Under the pieces are notes generated by a model, which was not told the origin of the DNA, searched no databases, and was given only the letters and a program-made list of their open reading frames with translations. The translations under genes and the position numbers were made by a program. Of a DNA stretch of 64,000 bases, positions 47,477 to 58,009 are shown piece by piece (the first letter of the stretch is position 1; every line of letters starts with the position of its first letter). The DNA comes from an uncultured delta proteobacterium (lineage in GTDB: Bacteria > Desulfobacterota > BSN033 > UBA1163): NCBI GenBank assembly GCA_963711845.1, contig CAVQFR010000041.1, forward strand, positions 21,182-85,181. The letters are read 5' to 3'.

Positions 47477-50400
47477 TTAGCTTTTTACCGGCTTCTTCGC
47501 CGGTTGTTTGGCCAATTTGCTTACATTGACCATGAATGCCTTCGATTCGGGGATCATCGTATTGGGATCCCCGATCGTCGGGGTGAGCAGATTGGCGCTC
47601 TCCCCACCATCCTTCGGATGGAGCCAGCCGAAATGCCAGGGAATTCCTACCTGGTGGACGGTCTGGCCGGCGATGTTGAAAGGCTTAAAACGGGAAGTGA
47701 CGATGGCCACTGCCTCAACTTTTCCCCGGGGCGACGCTACCATCACCCTGTCACCGTTCTTGATCTCTCTCAGTTTTGCCAGTTCCAGACTCATCTCGCA
47801 AAACATCTGAGGTTCAGCCTCGATGAGCCAAGGAAGCCAGCGGGTGAGAACTCCGGTCTGCCAGTGTTCAGTTACTCGATAGGTTGAGCAAACAAAAGGA
47901 TATTTGGGATCGCAAGTAAGGAACGTATCCAGGCCCCCTTCAAAAATTCTGACGACCGGATTGATCCTCTGGTTGGACATCAAGTTCTTTTCAATGGGAC
48001 ACTCCAGGGGTTCATAATGTTCGGGGAATGGCCCATCTTTCAGTCCAGGTCCGAAAATCGAGGCTACACCATCCGGTTTCATGATGAACGGATAGACTCC
48101 GGTGGTTCCCATCGGAGGCACGGCATTGTCGGGAACATCCCCTATCCATTTCTTTCCGGCCGCATCCCATTTGAGCAAGGGCCGTTTGGGATCCCTTGGA
48201 TTTCCATCCAGATCCACGGAAGCCCGGTTGTAGATGATCCTTCTGTTGAGTGGCCAACACCATGACCACTCAGGATAGAGGCCTAAACCCGTTGGATCGG
48301 TCTTCTTCCTCCGGGCGGCCATATTGCCAGCTTCGGTATAGCTGCCTGAATAGAGCCAGTCACCGCAGGAAGTGGTTCCATCATCGTTTAGAGGAACAAA
48401 ATTGGGAAGCAATTTACCAGTCGTGAGGTCGTAGCCATTGATCTCCTTGGCTACTTTGTGAATATCAAAATGACCGTTCGTCTCATAATCCCACTTTAAG
48501 TTCAAAATCGGCTCTGGAAAATCGCCCTTATCCTTCTCGTAGAGAGCTCGAACCTTCTTAAACAACTCATACATGATATCGCCATCAGGTTTGGCCACTC
48601 CTGGAGGATTGGCCGCTTTATAGCGCCACTGCATCCAACGGCCGCTATTGCTTATACTTCCTTCCTTTTCCAAAAAGGCTGCGCAAGGGAGCTGGAACAC
48701 TTCGGTTTTAATCTTCTTTGGATCCATTCCGGGGCCTTTCCAGAAAGACCCGGTCTCATTATCGAAGACATTCACATTGACCATCCAGTCAAGCTTCGTT
48801 AATGCTTGACGGGCCTTCCCCGCGTTGGCGCTTGAACAAGCCGGGTTCATACCCCACGCAAAGAAACCTGTGAAAGATCCTTTGTACATTTCGTCAAAGA
48901 GATTCAACCAGGAAGCGTCTTGACCTGTATCGAGTTTCGGCATCCAGGCATAACCGAATTCATTCTCTTTCGTGGCTTTATCCCCGAACATCGTTTTTAA
49001 GAAACTGGCCACATACTTAGGTCGGTTCTTCCACCAGTTGATACTCCGGGGATCCTTCGAGGCCGGCGTGGTTTTATTGTAATCGGCCAAGGTTGCTAAA
49101 TGAGCTTGGGGATTAGGTAAATATCCTGGCCAGATATGAAAGAGAAGGCCTGCATCGGTCGAGCCCTGAACATTCGATTCGCCTCGAAGGGCATTGACGC
49201 CTCCGCCTGCAATGCCCATATTTCCAAGAATCGATTGGATGATGGACATAGCCCGGATATTCTGAACGCCCACGGTATGTTGCGTCCACCCCATGGCGTA
49301 TAATACGGTTCCGGCTTTATCCGGAGCGCCGGTAGCCCCATAGGCCTTATAAACTTTTTCCAAATCTGCCATTGGAGTTCCTGTGATTTCCGAAACCTTC
49401 TGGAGCGTATAGCGGGAATAATGTTTTTTGAGAAGTTGTAAGGCACAACGAGGATCCTGCAGGCTCATATCCCTTTTGGGAATCCCCTGTTCATCCTTTT
49501 CTAATGCCCAGGTGGATGCATCATAGGCACGTTTCGTGGGATCATATCCCGAGAAGAGGCCATCATCGAATCCATATTTGGGATTCACGATGAAAGAGGC
49601 ATTGGTGTAGTTCTTGACGTAGAACTCATCGTAGAGATTGTTGTCCAGAATGTACTTGATCATGCCGCCCAGGAAAGCGATATCAGTCCCTGAACGAAGT
49701 CTGACAAAAATATCAGCTTTGGTGGATGTTCGAGTGAATCTTGGGTCCACATGGATAAAGGTTGCCCCTTTGTCTTTTGCCGCCTGAATCCATTTAAATG
49801 AAACGGGGTGGTTTTCTGCAACATTGCTACCCATGTTCAAAATCACATCAGCATTTCGAAAATCGTTGTAGTGATTGGTCATTGCACCGCGTCCGAACGA
49901 CTCTCCCAGAGCCGCTACAGTTGCGCTGTGTCAGATACGGGCCTGGTGTTCAATATAAACAAGGCCCAGGGACCTAAGAAACTTTTGATAGAGCCAACAT
50001 TCCTCGTTATCCAGGGCCGCGCTTCCCACAGAGGCGATGCCATTGGTTCGATTCACAACCTGGCCTTTTGCATTTTTCTCCATGAAACTCTTGTCGCGGC
50101 TCTTCTTGATGTTCGCTGCAATCTTGTTCAGAGCCCATTCCCAACCTACTTCTTTCCATGCAGCGCTCGAAGGAGCGCGGTAAAGGACTTTCTGCAAACG
50201 ATTGGGATTGACTGCGATTTGAAAGCTTGAACCCCCTTTCGGGCATAGGGCGCCTTCGTTGATGGGATGGTCGGGATCTCCCTCGGCATTGATCACCTTA
50301 CCTTTGGCTATCGGTATGGACGATAATTCCGCAGCCGACCGAACAGTAGCAGCAGACCGTGGTGGTTGCCTTGGCCCCTTTAATGCGCAATTCCTGGGCA

Positions 50401-50552
50401 TAGACCTCGGCCGGAGAAAGATCAAATCCCAGACCACCCATCACCGTCCCGGCGGCTGTTGCCCCCGAGATCTTCAAAAAGGTTCTTCGGTTAATCTTCA
50501 TAGATATTCCTTGGCCTCCTTTCTCAAATTTGGAGATGAGAGTTGAACTCAC
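47477..50552 (-). CDS. fdhA: Formate dehydrogenase catalytic subunit, Tat-exported, selenocysteine-containing (TGA at 49931-49933), with an apparent 1-nt frameshift near 50300
   Basis: Tat signal MKINRRTFLKISGATAAG. [4Fe-4S] motif CCYCSVGCG. Reading continues in frame through TGA as ...YIEHQARI-U-HSATVAALGESFGRGAMTNHYNDF..., matching the E. coli FdnG Sec motif QARV-U-HGPTV. The N-terminal 84 aa ORF (50298..50552) is in a different frame from the rest. Confidence 0.85.
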
Positions 50553-50858
50553 CCCGTTGCATTGAACAAATGTGAGAGGTCGCTTAATTTTTTGATTTTT
50601 CTAAGGTTCCCCCCCCCAAACTAAACCCCCAGAACTATATGAATCAGATTGGAAAGATGGTACGGAAGATCGAGGTATTGTGAAAGATACCACAAAGGAT
50701 TTTTTTGTCAAGAAAAAAATATTTGAAAAAAATATTTGAAAAAAATTTGGGTTTTCGGCTGATTTTAAAATGTTTTAAAATCCACAGTTGCGATAGAAGG
50801 TAGAAAAAGATATGATTTCCCAACGAAAACATTCTGGATTTTTTGGGGTGGAGGCATA

Positions 50859-51436
50859 ATGAGGGCGATTTATTTGCCTATTGCAGCTGTCGGGCTGATA
50901 TCCTTAATCGTCTGCGATCTAAACCGGGCCGCCAACCTCCCTCCTGTAAAGGGAGGTGTACTGCCACTGATTACGCTTCCGGTCCCAGAAGATCCAGATG
51001 AGAAAGAATACCTAGGGCTATCTGGCGAGCAGTTTTTTCCGAATACCACAGATCAAAGCCAAAGTTGTCATCATTGAAATCTTCAGTACATACTGCCCGA
51101 AATGCCAAAAAATAGCACCCGGAATGGACAAGCTTTATTACCTTATTGAATCGGATCCAGGTCTTAGGAACAAAATTAAAATGATCGGTATCGGTGCCGG
51201 AGATTCGCGTTACGAGGTTGATGTGTTTAAGAAAACTTTCAATACTCCTTTTCCCCTCTTCCCAGACAACGATTTCACCATCCATAAAGCCCTGGGAGAC
51301 GTCAGGAGCCCTTACTTCATCGCAATCAAAATCAACAAAGATGGCACGTCATGAGGTCGTTCATTCGGAATTGGACAGCTTCGAAGAAGCCCGTGCATTT
51401 TTGGAGTTGATTATTACTGCCTCAGGCCTGAAGTAA
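50859..51436 (+). pseudogene. TlpA/ResA-like thiol:disulfide oxidoreductase (CPKC active site) disrupted by two frameshifts
   Basis: Three frames carry consecutive parts: ...LPLITLPVPEDPDEKEYLGLSGEQFF | RIPQIKAKVVIIEIFSTYCPKCQKIAPGMDKL...FPLFPDNDFTIHKALG...IKINKDGT | RHEVVHSELDSFEEARAFLEL. Shifts at the T6 run 51033-51038 and at about 51345. Confidence 0.65.
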
Positions 51437-51637
51437 AAGGGTGACGCTTATCCTTTGGGCAATTGATACAAGGACACTCCTAATAACTACGAATTTGTCA
51501 CTCCCACCCCGTATCCATCCTACGGGTCAAGCTCCGGCGGGAGTCCAGTATTGCTCGGTACTGATCTGGATGTCCTGCTTTCGAGGCATAGACATTTTTA
51601 GGGGTAGCCATAAATTACTGATTTAAATTGAGGTGAT

Positions 51638-52124
51638 TCAATAATACGTACTGACGACGATTTCTGGAGTTGCGGAGATGTCCACCGTCAAACCGTCTTT
51701 CGGTTCTTCGAGAGTATCTAACTGGCTTCTTAACAAATTCTTATCCATATAAGGATGTTGACGGTCTTCAACCCGTTTGCGCAGCAATTCATAGGAGCCT
51801 TTTAAATAGACTGTCCTCACGGTGTTCTGGTCAACGCCGAGGATATCCCGGTAAGCCTGTTTCAGGGCAGAACAAGCCAATATCGTGTTCTCTTTATTCT
51901 TTCAACCAGCGTTGTATATTCCCATACAAAATTTCCAACCAGAGTTTGCGGTCTTCATCGGTCAGGGCAATTCCAGCCCGCATCTTTTCAACATTCTTTT
52001 TTGGGTGAAAGTCATCCCCATCATAAAAAGACCAGCCGAGCCTCTCAGCGAGCATTTTCCCGATGGTTGTCTTACCACAGCCCATCGGCCCCATCAGTAT
52101 GAGTACCATAACTTCCTTTTCCAC
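51638..52124 (-). pseudogene. gntK: Gluconokinase (GntK/thermoresistant gluconokinase family), split by a frameshift near 51885
   Basis: N-part MGPMGCGKTTIGKMLAERLGWSFYDGDDFHPKKNVEKMRAGIALTDEDRKLWL. C-part ACSALKQAYRDIL...VYLKGSYELLRKRVEDRQHPYM...LDTLEEP. Both align to E. coli GntK as recalled from memory. Confidence 0.75.
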
Positions 52125-52149
52125 AACTTATTCAGTACCGAGACCCACT

Positions 52150-52244
52150 GCCATCCTGACAAGTCGGGATGACTTGAGGGTTCGAGGATTCAAGGGGTCA
52201 AGGGTTCGAGTGAATCTTTTCTATTCCTTTCGGAATTTGGATTC
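52150..52244. repeat. Intergenic periodic repeat (GAGGGTTCGAGGATTCAAGGGGTCAAGGGTTCGAG ...), same family as 7787-7868
   Basis: Direct sequence similarity of the GGGTTC octads. Confidence 0.55.
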
Positions 52245-53489
52245 TTATTCCAGGCGGTAAAGAATCTCACCGGCGTGGTCCACATAGAGGATGCCCTCAT
52301 CCTCCTTCCCCGTGTAATCCGCGATCCTGATCTCAGCCGGGTTCATATAACCCAAGTTGATCTGCTCGCATTTCTCTTTTGGAATGGCAGTCGCCAGTAC
52401 GACTTCAATCCGGGGTTTCTCAATGCCGTTTTGATAGATGCCGGTCCCGCACACATGGGTGGAATGGGCGAGAACACCTCTCGGAACATCTTTGAAATTC
52501 TCCATCTGAAACAGGAAGTAGTCCCGCACGTGGTATCCTATTTTTTCAATATAATCTCCCCAGGTACTCGAAACCCTGTCAATATGCGGAGCATAGATGA
52601 TCAGTCTACCATTGTCGGCGACCACCTGTTCCAGCTTGTACATCACTTTTCCGCCTGTCCAGATCTCGTCATACATTTCGGGCGCTCGGCCCAATACGGT
52701 CCGATAGGGTTTCTCTTTGACCACAATGTGAATTTTCGAGGACAAATCCGCAGCCGCAGACCATGCCTCTCTTACATCGCCGGCAAATAAGCCGTACAGC
52801 CCGGCATCCGGCTTGACCACCATGGCCAAACAATGAATGGGTAGGTTGATTTTTTCCATGGCCTTATGGATCACCTGTCGGACCGGAGTCTCTTTTTTCC
52901 CGATGATCTCTTTGCAGGTCATCACCGCTGACAGCCAGTGAAAAAAATGTAATAACTCGCCGCCCGAAATGCCCGGGAACAAGTATTTCGCGCCTCCGGA
53001 GAATCCGACGACTTCATGCGGGAAAACGGGTCCCAGAATGAGGATCAGGTCATAATCATAGATCTTTCTGTTAATCTCGATCGGCACCTTTTCCTTCAAA
53101 AGTCCACCGGAAATTCTTTCAACCTCTTCCTCGGACAGATATCCAATTTGGAGAAAGGTTTCCGGCAAATCCCAGCGATGGCAAAAAAATTCGGATCGAC
53201 CAAACTTCTCCTTCCTGTCTTGAGGGGTGATCCCATAAAGTTCCAAAATCTTCTCTTCAGACAAGGAGGGATGGGTTCCCACGGCTACCATGAAATCCAA
53301 TTTGGCAGCGCGTTCTCCAATCACCTCACGGACAGCACGAGTCATCATCGGCAGAGGGCAGGTCCTTGTCGCATCCGGCGTTAGGACCAGGACACGTTTT
53401 TTTTCATACAGGGTCGCGGGTGTTCCGGCTTCGATAATCTCTTTAGCCTTTTCTTCTGAAATGGACACGGCGGAGCTCCCCTTTCCCAT
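52245..53489 (-). CDS. LarA-family protein (nickel-pincer-dependent hydroxyacid racemase/epimerase superfamily, DUF2088)
   Basis: 414 aa. The N-terminal ...VLVLTPDATRTCP... matches the LarA DxTR motif. Size and architecture fit LarA. Flanked by gntK and a sugar ABC transporter. Confidence 0.65.
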   Translation of the reverse strand: MGKGSSAVSISEEKAKEIIEAGTPATLYEKKRVLVLTPDATRTCPLPMMTRAVREVIGERAAKLDFMVAVGTHPSLSEEKILELYGITPQDRKEKFGRSEFFCHRWDLPETFLQIGYLSEEEVERISGGLLKEKVPIEINRKIYDYDLILILGPVFPHEVVGFSGGAKYLFPGISGGELLHFFHWLSAVMTCKEIIGKKETPVRQVIHKAMEKINLPIHCLAMVVKPDAGLYGLFAGDVREAWSAAADLSSKIHIVVKEKPYRTVLGRAPEMYDEIWTGGKVMYKLEQVVADNGRLIIYAPHIDRVSSTWGDYIEKIGYHVRDYFLFQMENFKDVPRGVLAHSTHVCGTGIYQNGIEKPRIEVVLATAIPKEKCEQINLGYMNPAEIRIADYTGKEDEGILYVDHAGEILYRLE

Positions 53490-53491
53490 GG

Positions 53492-54322
53492 TCAGTCTTT
53501 CAAAGCACCCATGGTCAGTCCCTGAACAATTGTTCTCCGTACGAAGAATGCAAACACGGAAACCGGCAGCACGATCAGGGTCGCCGCGGCGCCGATCCCG
53601 GCCCAGTCGATCTTTCCGTAGGAGATGAAGTTATATACTGCCACCGGCACGGTTTTCGTCTTCGGGCCGGAGAGGATCAGCGAGAAGAGAAACTGGTTCC
53701 ACGAGAAGATGAAGGACAGTATCGCCGAAGTGGCGATGCCGTTTCGCACCAGGGGGAGCACGATTATGAGAAAACTCTGCAGGCGGGAACACCCGTCGAT
53801 CATGGCCGCGTCTTCCAGTTCCTCCGGCATCCCCTCGAAGAAGGAGACCATCACCCAGATCACCATGGGCAGGGTGATGATCAAATGGGTGATCGTAAGG
53901 GCCGTGTAGGTGTCGATGAGCTTCAGGTGACGGAAGATGATGTACCAGGGCAACAGGTAGCTCACAAACGGCGTCATCCGGGCGACGAGGATGAGGATGC
54001 CGATCTTTCCTTGCCGGTATTTGGCGATGGAATAGGCTGCCGGCAGCCCCAACACCAGTGAAACACCCGTGGCCAGGCCGGCGACGATGAGACTGTTCAT
54101 CAGGTATCTGAAAAAATTGTATTGTTGAAATACCGCCCTGAAGTTCTCCAGCGTAGGCCTAAAAATGAACTCCGGAGGATAGGAGATGTTTTGCACTCCG
54201 GTCTTGAGCCCCGTCAGGATCATCCAGACGAACACGAATACCGGCGGCACACACAGGGCGACAGCCCCCGCGTAAAAAAAGGTCGATTTAATCGTTTTCG
54301 TCATTCCGGTTCCGGTTATCAT
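53492..54322 (-). CDS. Carbohydrate ABC transporter permease (MalG/UgpE-like)
   Basis: 276 aa, six TM helices, EAA-loop-containing permease. Confidence 0.85.
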   Translation of the reverse strand: MITGTGMTKTIKSTFFYAGAVALCVPPVFVFVWMILTGLKTGVQNISYPPEFIFRPTLENFRAVFQQYNFFRYLMNSLIVAGLATGVSLVLGLPAAYSIAKYRQGKIGILILVARMTPFVSYLLPWYIIFRHLKLIDTYTALTITHLIITLPMVIWVMVSFFEGMPEELEDAAMIDGCSRLQSFLIIVLPLVRNGIATSAILSFIFSWNQFLFSLILSGPKTKTVPVAVYNFISYGKIDWAGIGAAATLIVLPVSVFAFFVRRTIVQGLTMGALKD

Positions 54323-54363
54323 CTCTTACATATTCGCGCTTCTGATTGCAGGGCCACCTCCGG

Positions 54364-55305
54364 TTAGATATCTTGTGCCCTGAGCCGCATTCGGTTCATG
54401 ACCACATTGAACGCCAGGACGATCAAAAAGACGACCACCATGAGGGCCGAGCCGTACCCGGCCTTGAAGAAACTGAACCCGACATTGTAGGAATACAGAT
54501 AGAGCGTCTCGGACGAGATGCCCGGCCCCCCCTGGGTGATGGTGTAGATCATATCAAACTCCTTGAGGTTGTCCAGAGACCGCAGCATCAATGCTGCAAT
54601 CAGCACCGGCCGGATCAGGGGAAGGGTGATGTGCCAGAAGATCTGAAGCGCGTTGGCCCCGTCGATTCGCGCGGCCTCGTAGGGATCATGGGGCAGGGAT
54701 TTGAGGCCCGCCAGCACGATGAGGGTGATCATGGGGGTCCACTTCCACACGTCGACCATCACCAGGGCCGGAATCACTGTCATCGGGCTGCTGACCCACA
54801 GGCTTCCCGGAAGGCCGAGGCTTTGAAGCAAATAGTTCATGACCCCGATTTCGGGGTTGAGCATGATCCGCCAGATCAACGCGACGGCCACCGGCGTGGC
54901 TGCGAACGGAAAAATATAAATCGCCTGGACGATCTCGCTGCCCTTGAATTCGCGGTTGAAATAAACTGCGATGAGAAGTCCCAGCACCAGCTCGAGGGAA
55001 AGGCTCAGGCCACTGAAATAGACCATCACCTTCATGCCGTTTAAGACGCGCTCATCCGAGAAAAGTTCGATGAAGTTGCCGAAGCCGATAAATTTCGGCT
55101 GCCCCAGTCCGATGGTCCACTTGGTAAAGGTCAGATACAGGTTATACGCGATGGGAATGATGACGATGAAGAACAGGGCGGTCACCGCAGGCGCTGGGTA
55201 GACAAGAGCCTGGTGGCGATCCATGAATCGGCTGAGTGCGCTGGGAGCGGTCTTCATGACGGTGGTTTTTGTCCCGACCATGGGGTGCCGGGATCTGTCC
55301 GCCAA
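54364..55305 (-). CDS. Carbohydrate ABC transporter permease (MalF/UgpA-like)
   Basis: 313 aa ABC type-1 permease. Confidence 0.85.
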   Translation of the reverse strand: MADRSRHPMVGTKTTVMKTAPSALSRFMDRHQALVYPAPAVTALFFIVIIPIAYNLYLTFTKWTIGLGQPKFIGFGNFIELFSDERVLNGMKVMVYFSGLSLSLELVLGLLIAVYFNREFKGSEIVQAIYIFPFAATPVAVALIWRIMLNPEIGVMNYLLQSLGLPGSLWVSSPMTVIPALVMVDVWKWTPMITLIVLAGLKSLPHDPYEAARIDGANALQIFWHITLPLIRPVLIAALMLRSLDNLKEFDMIYTITQGGPGISSETLYLYSYNVGFSFFKAGYGSALMVVVFLIVLAFNVVMNRMRLRAQDI

Positions 55306-55337
55306 GCAGAGGCAAACAGATCCCGGCCGTTTGAAAG

Positions 55338-56642
55338 CTATCGTTCCATCTTCCTATCCATCAATTCGGCTGCTTTCTTAGCCGAGGCGGCCACATCCTT
55401 GCCTTCGATGGCGTCCACGATCACCTGGCCGGTGATATCTCGGATCTCGGGGACGTTGATAACGGGCGGGTTCCACTGGGGCTGGCCGATCTCAAAAGAC
55501 TTCATCGTGCTTGACGTCCAGTCCGGATGGTCGTCTTTGGATTTATATTCCTTGGAAGTCCACGCCGACGCCCTTCCAGCCGGCACCCCGGCCAGGAGCG
55601 CGCCCAGAGAATTATTTTTGTTGGTGGCCCACTGGATGAATAGCCAGGCTGCCTTTTGCCGCTCAGGGGTGCTGGTTTTGCTGATCGAGAGACTCCAGTT
55701 GGAAACATGGGGCAGCCTGCCTGCCGGACCGGCCGGGATAACAGCATACCCCACTTTCCCGGCAACCTTGGACTCCTTGGGGTTTTCATACAATGCCTTG
55801 AACACGTTGGCGTCGTAGATCATGGCCGCTTTGCCTTCCATGAACATGGACGTGCTTTCGGCCCAGTGGAGCATTGTGCCGCCCTGGGGACCATAGTTTC
55901 TCAGCAGGTCTCCGTAAAACTTAAAAGCTGCGATGTTCTGGGGCGAGGCGAAGTTCGACTTACCCTGGGGAGTGGTCCATGAACCACCGAAGCTGTACAG
56001 GAAGTCAACCCACTGGGACGTAGCCGCAGCTCCCTTTCCTCTCAAGGTAATGCCGACCATCTTCTTGCCATCGACCTCCTTGCCGTAGAAAAACTTGGCC
56101 GTCTGTTCAAGTTCTTTCATCGTTTGAGGGACCTTAACCTTGAACTTTGTAAACAGATCCTTGCGATAGGCCAAAAGGGATGTCTCGGCATTGATCACGA
56201 TGCCAATCAGCTTGCCATCCATCGACGAGGCCTTTGCAAAACTGGGGAAGAAGTCCTTAAAATTCCAGTCTGCCTCGGTCAGGGCGGGGTCTGAGTTGTA
56301 TCCATCCATGGGCTGCAGCCATCCCGCTTTCCAATAGTGGAGATCATCCTGACCCGGCATAATCATGTACCCATCCACCTTGCCTCCGGCATTAAGTTCG
56401 ATCGTCCGTTTGTTCCGGTATTGATCCTCCGGAAAAGCTTCGATCGTCACTTTGATGCCGGTCAACTTTTCGAACTCGGGCACCTTTGGTTCTATAAACG
56501 TGGTAAAGGGATGCTTGTTCATCAGAAAACGGATCTCGGTGCCCTGGAGCTGCTTCCAGTTTACTGCTCCGAGGGCGATCGAAGAAAATGCCCCCACACA
56601 AATCAGAGCGACCAGCGATAAACATACCATTCTTCTTTTCAT
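55338..56642 (-). CDS. ABC transporter extracellular solute-binding protein (family 1, sugar-type)
   Basis: Signal peptide MKRRMVCLSLVALICVGAFSSIALGA. Start ATG at 56642 after GAGGAGG. Confidence 0.85.
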   Translation of the reverse strand: MKRRMVCLSLVALICVGAFSSIALGAVNWKQLQGTEIRFLMNKHPFTTFIEPKVPEFEKLTGIKVTIEAFPEDQYRNKRTIELNAGGKVDGYMIMPGQDDLHYWKAGWLQPMDGYNSDPALTEADWNFKDFFPSFAKASSMDGKLIGIVINAETSLLAYRKDLFTKFKVKVPQTMKELEQTAKFFYGKEVDGKKMVGITLRGKGAAATSQWVDFLYSFGGSWTTPQGKSNFASPQNIAAFKFYGDLLRNYGPQGGTMLHWAESTSMFMEGKAAMIYDANVFKALYENPKESKVAGKVGYAVIPAGPAGRLPHVSNWSLSISKTSTPERQKAAWLFIQWATNKNNSLGALLAGVPAGRASAWTSKEYKSKDDHPDWTSSTMKSFEIGQPQWNPPVINVPEIRDITGQVIVDAIEGKDVAASAKKAAELMDRKMER

Positions 56643-56715
56643 GTTCTGCCTCCTCTTTAATAAGTTTTGAGATTCCGTCGTCAGACCGATCGTCTGCCGA
56701 GATGAATCTTTCGAT

Positions 56716-57819
56716 TTACACAATGGTTTGCGACGTCTTCTTATCGAAGATATGGGTTTTGGACATCTTGAGGTCCACCTCTAATGTTTGGCCCACGGTC
56801 CATGGCCGTTCCGGGGACTCCATTCGAGCGACGATGGCATGAGGTCCGCAGGTCAGATAAACAAAGGTTTCAGATCCAAGGGGTTCCACCACATCCGCTC
56901 GTGCCGTGAGGGTGTTTCCGTGGACGCCGGCTGCTGCAGGGGTGCGTTCCGCCACATCCTCGGGCCGAACACCGAATATGACCTGTCGGCCGGCATAGGG
57001 TTCGATTCTGGGATAGAACGCCTCAGGCAGCCTTACCTTAAAACCGACAGCGTCTATGAAATAGGCGTTCTCTTCGTGGATCAGCGTGGCTTCGATAAAG
57101 TTCATGGCGGGTGAGCCGATAAACCCTGCGACGAACCGATTGGTCGGCTGCTTATAGACCTCCAGGGGCGCCCCGGATTGCTGCAGGGTGCCATTATGCA
57201 TGATGAAGATCCGATTGGCCATGGTCATGGCCTCCACCTGATCGTGGGTGACGTAGATAATCGTGGCCCCCAGTCGCCGGTGTAGTTTGCTGATCTCGGC
57301 CCGCATGGCCACCCGCAGCTTGGCGTCCAAGTTGGAGAGCGGCTCGTCAAACAGAAATACCTTTGGCTTACGCACGATCGCCCTTCCCACTGCCACGCGC
57401 TGCCGCTGCCCTCCCGAGAGCTGTTTCGGTTTTCGGTCCAGAAGTTCATGGATGCCGAGGATGTCGGCCGCCTCCTGCACACGCTCGTCGATTTCTTCCT
57501 TTGGAAACTTGCGCATTTTCAGCCCGAATCCCAGATTTTCCCCGACATTCATGTGAGGGTAGAGAGCGTAATTCTGAAAGACCATCGCGATGTCCCGATC
57601 CTTGGGCGCGACGTCGTTCACCAGGCGGTCGCCGATATAGATCTCGCCGGATGTTATAGGCTCGAGGCCGGCGATCATTCGGAGGGCTGTGGTCTTACCG
57701 CATCCGGAGGGCCCCACCAGCACTGCAAATTCGCGGTCCTGGACTTCAATGCTCAGGCTGTCAACCGCCGTCACCGACTTGAATCGTTTCGTTACGTTTC
57801 TCAGGATGACATTCGCCAC
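56716..57819 (-). CDS. ABC transporter ATP-binding protein (MalK/UgpC-type, with a C-terminal TOBE domain)
   Basis: Walker A GPSGCGKTT, signature LSGGQRQR, Walker B FLFDEPLSNLD. Confidence 0.9.
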   Translation of the reverse strand: MANVILRNVTKRFKSVTAVDSLSIEVQDREFAVLVGPSGCGKTTALRMIAGLEPITSGEIYIGDRLVNDVAPKDRDIAMVFQNYALYPHMNVGENLGFGLKMRKFPKEEIDERVQEAADILGIHELLDRKPKQLSGGQRQRVAVGRAIVRKPKVFLFDEPLSNLDAKLRVAMRAEISKLHRRLGATIIYVTHDQVEAMTMANRIFIMHNGTLQQSGAPLEVYKQPTNRFVAGFIGSPAMNFIEATLIHEENAYFIDAVGFKVRLPEAFYPRIEPYAGRQVIFGVRPEDVAERTPAAAGVHGNTLTARADVVEPLGSETFVYLTCGPHAIVARMESPERPWTVGQTLEVDLKMSKTHIFDKKTSQTIV

Positions 57820-58009
57820 GTCCTCTGCCTCTTTTCAGTTTGTCTGAAAATCGAGAATGCAGGATTTAGAATTCAGTCGCCAGAAGTAAGGGTTAGGGAA
57901 GTATCCTTTTCTCTTCCAGGATTCTGACTCGTGACTTCTGGATTCCATTTTCATCATGCCCGGCTATCGAGGATGACTATTTTCCCAATATTCCTTTACA
58001 ACGAATTGC

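Noticed and set aside
46740-47480. 246 aa plus-strand ORF
   Set aside because: Antisense to the 4x[4Fe-4S] FDH beta subunit gene, which has strong motif support.
54346-55818. Plus-strand ORFs 54346..55044 (232 aa, His/Asp-rich) and 55213..55818 (201 aa)
   Set aside because: Antisense to the ABC permease and solute-binding protein genes in a high-GC block. Composition-driven open frames.
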